A DNA stretch of 63,462 nt, the filler included, from Reticulomyxa filosa (Eukaryota; Protista; Foraminifera), in the NCBI GenBank assembly GCA_000512085.1. It is 18 parts of 18 records of this genome, joined end to end, with 100 filler letters (N's around TTAATTAATTAA, not from the genome) between each part and the next. Parts side by side here need not be neighbours in the genome. Positions count along the whole stretch, not along the records: positions 54,097 to 60,169 come from ASPP01013086.1; positions 60,270 to 61,295 come from ASPP01043486.1; positions 61,396 to 63,462 come from ASPP01034726.1; 15 more parts are not named here. One strand, written 5' to 3'. Each line of letters starts with the position of its first letter. Position 1 is the first letter of the stretch. Both the position numbers and the translations under genes were made by a program. Below, in pieces: positions 54,097 through 63,462 of the stretch. The notes beneath the pieces were generated by a model, which made no database searches, was not told the origin of the DNA, and saw only the letters and a list, made by a program, of their open reading frames with translations.

Positions 54097-57000
54097 TTTG
54101 TTTCTGCCAGGAGGTCGTGATAATATGGACATCAACAGACAACAAAAAGAGACGGGCGTAGGAACGGGCTCGATGGTGAACATGGACAAAGCCACAGTAA
54201 TGCCGCAACGCAGAAGCGTGGACACCGAGTCGCAAGTGGTGGGCAATCCGGCAATGTCGAAGAATGGAACTCAAGAGGAAGACGTGCAAACGATTGGGAC
54301 GATAGGCAACATTCCAGATAAAAAAAGGGAGAGTCAAGAAAAGGCATCTGAATCTGAGTCTCAGTCTGAGTCACTGTCCAAGCCGCAGCCACAAGTACAA
54401 GTGCAATCACAATTACAATTACAGTTGCAACTACAGTCACAGTCACAGTCACAGTCACAGTCACAAGCACAGTCACAAGCACATGCACACGCACATACAC
54501 ATACACATGCACAAGCACAAGTACAAGCATCATTGCCATTCCATTTGCCATTGCAACAACAGACACAGATATCAATTCCAGATGAAAAAGAGAGCAACAA
54601 TGCCTACTCAGCAAAATCAAGTTTGGCACATAAAGAAAAGAGGTACTCGATGAGTACACACGAGAATGAAGAGATCATTCTTCCCACTTGGCCCATTGAT
54701 CATAGAAACGAGGGCAAAAAAGAAGAGACGACAATTCACAACCAGCCGACTAGGACCATCCCGTCGATCAAAATAATGATACCAGCGCCCAAAGACGCGG
54801 ACAGTCCGGTGATCGACGCGAGTGTGGGAATGCAGGTCGTGACGCTGCCTCACGACATGGACCGTGACGAGCGCGAAGGGAGTTTGAGTGGCAGCATGCT
54901 AGACCAAGACGAGCCTTGTCCGTCCCAACAACAGCGCATTAGTAGTTCATTAAGCTTTTCCGCCGCTCCCGTCACGCTACGCCAAGTCAGTGAGAACACA
55001 TTCGTCCATAAAACGCTTCAGTCGCTGGCCCACATTCCGGAAGAGCTGAACGAAAAGGAGGACGAACACAAGGTCCTGGGTGTGTCTATCCCATTTTCTA
55101 GCCGAGACGCCAGCGCAAATCGCGTCGAAAAGGAAATCTCCAAGCGTACGCATACCAATTCACGGAGTAAAGGGACACATAGTCAGCACAGTGGCAGCGT
55201 TCCTTTGGGCCCGCCGACTATCCATCCACCAAGCACCAAAAGCTCTGAAGGTGAGTTCACTTGTTGTTAGAAAGAGAAGAAGAGAGAGAGAGAGAGAAAG
55301 AGATACAAACAAATTCAAAAGAAAGGGTTAATGTTTTATTTTTTTTTTTTTAAATTGTTTTGGCGTATACGTAGACTTAAATTAAATTACACGTTGAAAT
55401 GTATGTGTATATAAATAACAATAAATATAAAAAAATGTGAACATTGTAAAAAAAAAAAAAAGAAAAAACTCGAAGTTCGTTGACTACGTACAGCAGAACA
55501 GCACTAGCCTCAACGCCAAGTGTCCCTCGAGGGATAAACCCGCCAGAACTTGCGAACAGCACAGTTCGTATGGAATCAACACGAGGCGAAGCTGCTGACT
55601 CAAAGTTTGGCAGCAGCGGCGGTGACGGCGATGGCAGTAAGACGGACGCATTTCCATTTTATCCGACGTCAATCAACCCCTCTTCTCTCCATCACGGCAC
55701 GCAAGATAGCACGAGCATCAACGAGGAGCCGGACGTGATTTCGACAAGAGGACATGACAACCTCGTCGTGCCACGACTCGACACGGCGTCCTTGCAAGCC
55801 GACACAATGCTCATGCCCAAGTCCATGCTCCACAACGACCTACCCGGTTGCATCCGGACATAAGTTTGGCACCATTCGAAGTGACGCGTCATTGCCGAAT
55901 GGCAATGGGCCTTTTACCGATATTATCGATCAACAGAACGGTCACGATGATCATGACAGCACTGTCGACATTGACATACGAAACGTCGTGCCTTGGCAGA
56001 CATTGAAGCAACCCGTATTCGTTAGCGTCAATGCCGTCGCTGCTAGCAAACACAATAAGGGCATAATCTTATGGCCAAGTGTCAATCCGAATGCAGTTGC
56101 AAATGCAAATGAACACGAGCATGAGCACGATAATGAACACGACAATGAACATGATAATGATAATGATAATGATAATGATAATGACAATGACAATGATAAT
56201 GAACATGATAATGACAATGACAATGAACATAAACATGAACGTGCAAATGCAAACGCAAACGCAAATATTAACACAAGTGCAACCACCAGCGCTAGCACCA
56301 GTACCACCACTCTCATCATCCCGCCAATCGATCTCAATGGCAAAGAAAAGGCAAGCCAAAGCAATTTGCTCACGTTTCCAACACTAAACTATCGACGGGA
56401 CAGTGGCATAAGCGAGTCCATGACACACCATACCGAAACCAGCAGCGGGCTTGGAAACTTGAAGGAATTGATAAAAAACAATCATTTACAAGTGCAAATC
56501 CGAGACTCTGTTAGCAACCCCTCGAGTTCTCGCAATTCGTCTCGCCGGACCTCGGAAACCGGTGCGATCGATTCCAGACTGATGTCCCCGCCACAGCTCA
56601 ACCTCGTGCCTCCCGACATGCAAGAAGAGATGGAGAGTCACATTCAGCCACATGATGTCGATGTCTCCGATCACAACAAAGAGCATGCCATTGATAACCG
56701 AGCAAGCGTAATCGAAAAAAAGCAAGCTCTTCGACCCAAACATAAAAAAGTGCGCGTACATGGAATTGCAAGAAACGAAGGTAAAAAAAAATTGTAATTT
56801 ATATACCACGAATTTATATACATACATATACGTATACATATATATATATATTTATTTATACATGTATAATAGATACATGTACGTATATATTATATACACA
56901 AATATAACATGTACGTACATAGGTACTGAAAACAATCCTCCGTCAGCACAGCTTTCTACACACAGCGAGAATTTAGATCTTCGTAGTGACTTCGAGAACA

Positions 57001-60000
57001 TGTCCAAGCTCTCGGTGAAAAGTGTTCCAGCCCCTTACGATATACAAAACCCACACGAAATTATGGTTGAAGCCAATCCGAAATGGATAAGCGCCAAAGC
57101 ACAGCGAACGCATGTATTTGCAAATGCATCTGCACACACGCAACTAACGGACGACGTGTACCAGCACATGTTGCTCAACATGACTGGTAAAAATGACGAA
57201 CGCAGAAATTCAGGAGACAAGAAAAATTTTTGGAATGCAAGCTCGACAAACACACCCACACATACACATACAACGTCTCATCAGGAATCGTCCAGCCACT
57301 TTTCCCATCCGCCTTTCATCAATTCTGGGGACATTACGCTCCACATTTCCACCCCTGACAGCACAACGACGAATAAACAAAAGGAGGATCATATTGCACC
57401 ACGCGTCGCCAATAACCCCTTTGCTCCTTTGCCACCATCACGCATTAGTATACACACATTTGCACAAACATCAAACCGATTATATACGTATACATTTTTA
57501 CATGTACACGTTCCGTTTCCCTTTTTTTTTTTTTTTTTTCCCTCCCCCTCGTCTCCTCCTTCTCTCTTTGTCAAAAGGGAGGGAAGAGATGTAAGAAGAT
57601 GGAAAAACATTTTTTATACAAAATTGCAAATACATTATATACATATAGATTTTATTATTTATTATATATATGTATATATAATGTATATGTGTGTATGTTA
57701 AAAAAAAAAAAAAAAAAGGAAAAGAACACACACATCAAAGTCGAAGAAACGGACCGATAGAAACCTATCAAAGTGTAAAGTCGGAATCCTCAATTCACAA
57801 CAATTCAATAGAGAGAAAAGACTTGGACACAACAATTAGTGTCGACACACCGAGTGTTGGCCTCCCCTCCCAAAGCCATGGGACAAAAAAGTTTGCAAAG
57901 CCATTGTCAATAAACACAGATGCATCCGCATTCTTGGTGGATGAAAAGGATATCTCTCCTACAAAGCAGGACAAAGTGCATAGCCACGATAAAACCGATC
58001 ATGAGCTCGCAGACGCATTGCAAAGCGAAGATTTGGACAATCAGCAAAAGACAAAGATCAAGACAAGACAAAATAATCATTGGAGCACTCAAAGTCCGAC
58101 TGTCCGTACACTTGTTGCACATTCACATGAAGAAGAGAGGATGGGAACTCCGCCAAGTGCGAGCCATCACATACGATATGAAGACTTGATGCAGCTGCCC
58201 AAAGGAGACAAAGACAAGCCAAATGATCGTGGAGATGGTGATGATGACATACAAGATAATGAGAACAAGAAAAAGCAAGAAAAAGAAGAAGACACGAAAG
58301 AGCTCGACCAAAAAAAAGGAGAAGAAAAAAATGAAGAGCGGGAACAAGAGCAAGAAGATAAAGAAGAAGAAGAAGAAGAACAAAAAGGAAAAGAAGAAGA
58401 GGAAGATGTAGAGGAAAAAGAAGAAACAAAAAAAGGTGATGATGATGATGATAATGATGAAGATGATGAAAATGAAGATGAAGAAAAAGAAGAAGAAAAA
58501 CGAGAGAAAGAAGACAAACGGAAAAATAAAATAAAAAAACAGACAACCAAAAAAGATCGCGATAAGTACGTGGACAAACGTCAAGAAAAAGAAAAGGTAG
58601 GAAAGAGAGCAAATACTCAAGACATTGGCAGTGACAATAAGAGTGACAATGAGAATGAGAATGACCACGACAATGGTAATGACAACAACAAGAATAATGA
58701 CAATGATAATGTTGCTGACGATGACGATGGCTATCACAACAATGAGGAAGAGAATGAGAACAGTAAGGAACAAATCAAACACAAAGAAAATGTAATAGAA
58801 GCAAATCGAGTCATCATTCATGAGAATGTTTTGCAACAAACGATTCCCAAGGACGATGCGGTACAAGGACTGAATAGCACAACGGAACTGAGTTGGGCTC
58901 AAATCGGCAAGACGTCGTTTCATTTATCATTCTACTTCCTATTTCCAATGCTCGTCAACCAGACATTGACTGGCTTTGTCTATGCCAAACGTAGAGACGA
59001 GCAGCCGTTCAACATTTTTTTCGGAATAATTCTCCTCCTATCCGAAATCGTGATTGCATTCAAATACACTCGAAATACCTATCAACTGGCATTGCACACG
59101 CAACAGAATTTGCAAAACGATGCTGTGTCCAATCATCAAAGGATTTTATACCATACGTTTTATCAATGCCAAACGTATGTACATCAAGACATGAGCCATT
59201 TCTATCTTCAACAAGTTTCGTCGCCAGAGTATTGGTATTACGGATTCGTGCCATGTCTGCTGCTGCTATTCGAATTGATTTGTAGTATCTTTATACAAAG
59301 CACCTTGGATCGCATCGTTGTCCTTTCCTTGACTGTCGTCCTACTCACCGTTGAAGCCATCGTTGTCGCATGGAAACGTCCCTATCTAATTCACCTCGAT
59401 CAAAAATGTCAAATCTTTTGGAGGTGTCTTACCCTTTTTGCCATCTGCGTTCTCTTTGCTTGTATCAATCAAAATGTTGCTGCTTTAATCATCGGCATAT
59501 TTGTTAGCATCGCGACTATTATGTATTTGCTCAAAGATTGTTTATGTGCAAAAGCAAAGTTTGGACGATATATGCATATATGTATATATTTATATTTGTA
59601 CATATTCAATACGTATACTTTTCATACGAATTCAACATTTCAAAAAACCTTATCTCTTTGGGAAATAATAGTGACGTTCTGCAATTGGATGAAGCAAGTG
59701 ACTACGTTGAATTACATGTGACTAGTAATAATAAGCACCAACCATACGCGCTTGTATCTTTGGACGATCGAAACGGGCCACAACAAAGAGACGTAGAATC
59801 AATGCATTACGAAGGTGTGAACTCGCAAGAAGGAGGACAAGAGATCGAACTTGAAACCTTGGGTATTGCGGAAGACACGATAAGCAATGAAGAAAAGGTA
59901 TTCCAAAAACTACCTGGATTCGTATACGCAAAGGGTGGTATTCCGGCCTTGAACCGCTCTGAGCGTACGTTCTCGTCCAAACAAACCACGCAAAACAGCG

Positions 60001-60110
60001 ACAAGGACCAGTATTGGCGTGACAACCAACTCCAATGTGGTCACATCCACTGGATCTTCACAAAAAGAACCATTTCTACCAGTTTTGCTCCAGTAGAAAA
60101 ACACGCATAA
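54097..60110 (+). CDS. Large multi-exon low-complexity protein with several C-terminal transmembrane helices, 5' truncated
   Basis: Successive long same-strand ORFs (54098, 55480, 55754, about 56922, about 57718, about 59670) separated by AT-rich GT-AG introns; QS, DN and E/K tracts; about 6 hydrophobic segments at 58900-59560. No family recognised. Confidence 0.65.
54400..54525 (+). repeat. Coding hexamer repeats (CAGTCA)n / (CAYRCA)n giving QL, QS, HA, HT dipeptide runs
   Basis: cagtcacagtcacagtcacagtcacagtca at about 54434-54463 with flanking variants. Confidence 0.8.
56108..56265 (+). repeat. Coding hexamer repeats (GATAAT/GACAAT)n giving DN, EH and AN runs
   Basis: Directly visible tandem GATAAT/GACAAT units. 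Confidence 0.8.
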
Positions 60111-60269
60111 AAAAAAAAAAAAAACAAAAAACTATATTTCGTTTTCAATCTTTTTTTTTTTTTTCCCCCNNNNNNNNNNNNNNNNNNNNNNNNNNNNNNN
60201 NNNNNNNNNNNNNTTAATTAATTAANNNNNNNNNNNNNNNNNNNNNNNNNNNNNNNNNNNNNNNNNNNN

Positions 60270-60447
60270 TTGAAATTGAAAAATTAAAAAAAGATATCGA
60301 ATCAAAAGACAATGAAATCCAATTCAAACAAACAAAAATTATTCCACAAATTCATGAAAATAAAGAAGAACAAACACAAAGAATATCGCACATGATTTGA
60401 ATTTGTGTTATGGTTTATACAAAGGTCCCATTCGTATTTGGGGGTAA
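60270..60447 (+). pseudogene. Internally deleted WD40-family remnant
   Basis: Coiled-coil EIEKLKKDIESKDNEIQ is joined out of frame to DLNLCYGLYKGPIRIWG*, the same terminal motif as 35094-35394, with no WD repeats between. Confidence 0.6.
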
Positions 60448-60908
60448 TTTGTTGTTTTATGAAATAAGAAATGAAATTGTTTTTTTCTTGTTTGAAAAGT
60501 TTGATTAAAGAAAAATAAAGTGATATTAAACTTGTTTGATTTGATTAAATGCAAGCATTGAAGGATGTGTTTTATTTTGCTTTGTTGTTTCAATGAATTG
60601 AAATAGTTGCATTCAATATTTTTTAAAGAATTGAAAAGAATTAGATTGTATTTTTGTGCTTTTATAAAACATTATTAAAATTAATAGTGAATGATTGCAG
60701 ATGGAACATCGACAATGTAAGAATATTATGACAAATAGTTAAATTAAGACTTTCTTATCATATTAAAAACATGACGCATAAGTATGCCATTGTGATACAA
60801 TAATTATTGTAAACAAATCACAATTTTGTTTTCTCAGTCAAATCGCACACTTTTTTTTTTACTTTTAAAAAAATCTAAACTACTTCATAGTTCCTCAACA
60901 TTAACAAC

Positions 60909-61120
60909 ATGGACAGTCAAACTTTTAAAAATTTGCGGGAGTTGCCCACTCCACTTAATGAATCTCAATGTGTGCTACACAAACACGAACTCATCATTTG
61001 TGGAGGTTATCTTAGAAAAGACTGTTATTCTTATCATACACTTAAAAATCAATACAAGTCATGCTAAATTAGTTGGACACTGTGTAATGAAACTGGTAGA
61101 TATCAAATCACTTTGTTGAT
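60909..61120 (+). pseudogene. Truncated kelch-like pseudogene
   Basis: MDSQTFKNLRELPTPLNESQCVLHKHELIICGGYLRKDCYSYHTLKNQYK, then a deletion/frameshift to KLVGHCVMKLVD and loss of homology; upstream leader matches 3748-3790. Confidence 0.8.
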
Positions 61121-61499
61121 CATTGCAATCACAAATGAGAATTAATTTATCATTTGTTAAGAATAACAGCAATATTTAAATCAATTTTTTTTTAATAAAA
61201 AGTTTGGAAGAGAATACATGTATTTAACAAGAATACTTAAAACTGAGTTTTATCCACGCAAATAAAAAAAATTAACATCAAGGTATTCCACTATGNNNNN
61301 NNNNNNNNNNNNNNNNNNNNNNNNNNNNNNNNNNNNNNNTTAATTAATTAANNNNNNNNNNNNNNNNNNNNNNNNNNNNNNNNNNNNNNNNNNNNTACTT
61401 CTCTCATTTCAACATCAGATACATGAGGATTATCCAACGGGGGCTGTTTAAGGCATGAACTCTTCATTTTTTATTGTGGATATGATTGTTTTCGTGTTG

Positions 61500-62290
61500 A
61501 TTTCCGCTCGTACATAAGCTCCACTAATTGGGTCACACGTTTGCGATAACTTCCGTCTGCTTTGTTCGTACGATCTACAGTGGATCTCCAAATTGTGAAT
61601 CAATACATACAAAGCAAGAATATGGATGTGTATACAAAATATAGCATTATTTCAGCCCTCAAAGTCTCTTTGTCAAAACTTGGTTTGATATTTCAATACG
61701 CGAGAGAATTTCTTTTTAAATTGTTTGGAAAGATTGTCAGTGACACAATAGAGCGGAGATCCTGAGGTGTTGAAGGTCAAATAATGCTTCCACACTTTTC
61801 GAACACCTTTTGCAAACATTGCAGCGTCTGTGTATTTTCCATTTTTCATTTTTTCGTTGATGGTGCTCAAGTCCATGGGTCGTTTCAAAATGTTGCAATA
61901 ACTTTCTAAACCAACTTGATTACAGTCCACGAGAGTACGATATTCGACTGCTTATGAATTCGCGAGTAGCAATTGCAATGTTCTAATTCCGGTTTGTAAT
62001 GATTGGCCATATTTGCGTTCTTTGTGGCGACTGCGACATCAGAATCCATCTTTTCTGTGTCTCCCAATTCGTCCTTGCCATCACTGGCTTTTTTTTCTCG
62101 TTTGCCTCCAAGTGGTCTTGTCTTTGACTTTGCTTTTGCGTTTGTTTTTTGTTTTGCCCTGTCTCTGTCATGCCTTTTTGTGGCTCCCTCTATCATCTCG
62201 CTATTCTCTTGTGTCTTTACAAAATCCTTTGTTTCTGTTTCGTCCTTTTTTATCTCTTGTGCTGTTGCTATTGCTGTTAGTCCATCCTTT
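61500..62290 (-). pseudogene. Bromodomain gene (BET/GTE-like), disrupted
   Basis: VDCNQVGLESYCNILKRPMDLSTINEKMKNGKYTDAAMFAKGVRKVWKHYLTFN..SPLY; helix Z/ZA loop (LEHC..F..PVD) is broken by frameshifts and a premature stop follows at 61673. Confidence 0.7.
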
Positions 62291-63462
62291 ATATTCTATC
62301 CTCTTTTATTGTCCCCTCTTTACTTTTTGAAAAAATACGCAAATTGTAATTGAAAACTTTAAATGAGTTGGTGGAACGTTGGGTGCCGAAATGAAGTCCT
62401 TTTATTTGCGTTTGGAAAAAACTCGTTCATGACATGTCAGAAATTTGTTTGACTGACGGCAATAGCAAAACTAAACGAAAGGGAAACTCTGTAAGATTTT
62501 TTTTGAAGAAGAGAAACTGCCAACACATTGACAAGCTCTAGCTCCTTAGAAGTTTGACTACCTGCTTTACGGAAACACAAGCAATGTTTATGCCACTTTT
62601 TTTAGATCAATGGTGCACTATCACTAACTGTGTAAATGTTTGAAAAAACAGCAGTGTAGAGATGATGAATGTATTAGAGTAACCGAGTCAATCACGTATT
62701 TTATTTTATCATTTGGGATTATTATGTCATAATTGACCATCTACTAAAAGCCAAACCATTTTCAGTAGGTTACATACGAGTTAGAGGATACCATAAACGA
62801 CTAAAATTTCAGAAACAAATTGAAACATAAATGTGCAAATGCGAAGATTTATATGAAACAATTGATTGCACGTAAAAATTATAAAATAGAAAAACTATGA
62901 TAATTGTATTGCCGATCTCATTTTGTTGTTAATGATATTTTTTAATGGTGGATTTGTTTTATGGCAAATAAAGATTCATCTACAATCATGACAACTTTTT
63001 CTTTTTTTGAGAAGGAAAACAAAAAGAATTTGTTGCTAAAGCACGGAGTGTGTTTTCACCCTTGTTGTCATAGGAAAGTAGGAAAATATACCTTTTGTTT
63101 TTAAATAAAGTAATCTTTGTAAATTGCCAACAAATTCACAATTGTACATTATTTTGTTGCTTTGCTAAAAAGCGATAATTCCAAAATTGTGTATCTTGTA
63201 CTTCAACTATTATTTGCTTTATTTTAATGTGCGTCTTCTTACATACGGAATTTGTAATTAAGCTTTAATGTAACGCGAGTTTTATATTCCGTATAAGCAA
63301 AAAAGAGTTAAAAAGTAGATATCCGAAAAAGTGAGAAGAGGCCTGGTGAAAATTTGACATATGTTGTGTTTCTGAAAATATACAGAACAAAAAGAGGTTT
63401 CTTGCAGTCAACCCGCAAGACCGTGGCTTTCCCCCAAAGTTTGAAGCATCACATTTCAGCTG

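Noticed and set aside
58058-58923. Long Phe/Leu/Ser-rich minus-strand ORFs (also 39252-39899, 54132-54659, 55951-56373, 38040-38462)
   Set aside because: Antisense shadows of low-complexity charged coding regions.

Overview
This is not one locus. It is 18 short, AT-rich eukaryotic contigs joined by 17 artificial 100-nt linkers (44 N + TTAATTAATTAA + 44 N), so neighbourhoods across linkers mean nothing. Short GT-AG introns with long homopolymer runs, lineage-typical kelch-like and WD40 families and many decayed gene copies suggest a rhizarian/foraminiferan genome resembling Reticulomyxa filosa (inference). Recognisable genes: PSF3/GINS3, PPIH, an SKP1-like gene, GGH, UMP-CMP kinase, an aquaporin, EXO84, a TMEM87-like 7TM protein, a two-DysF protein, a TPR protein, three SPRY-like genes, and a vWA + PADR1 (PARP1 Zn3) fusion with no catalytic domain. 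There are four kelch-like copies (three broken), a Ty3/Gypsy pol fragment with a 30-bp tandem-repeat tail, and pseudogenes of SAM, bromodomain and WD40 genes. Four contig ends stop in the same Tc1/mariner-like terminal repeat (TA|CAGTA...). Most worth following up: the vWA-PADR1 protein, a separately exonised C-terminal motif on the kelch family, A-rich 3' splice sites, and the TIR family. I found no single clear-cut novel multi-gene system.
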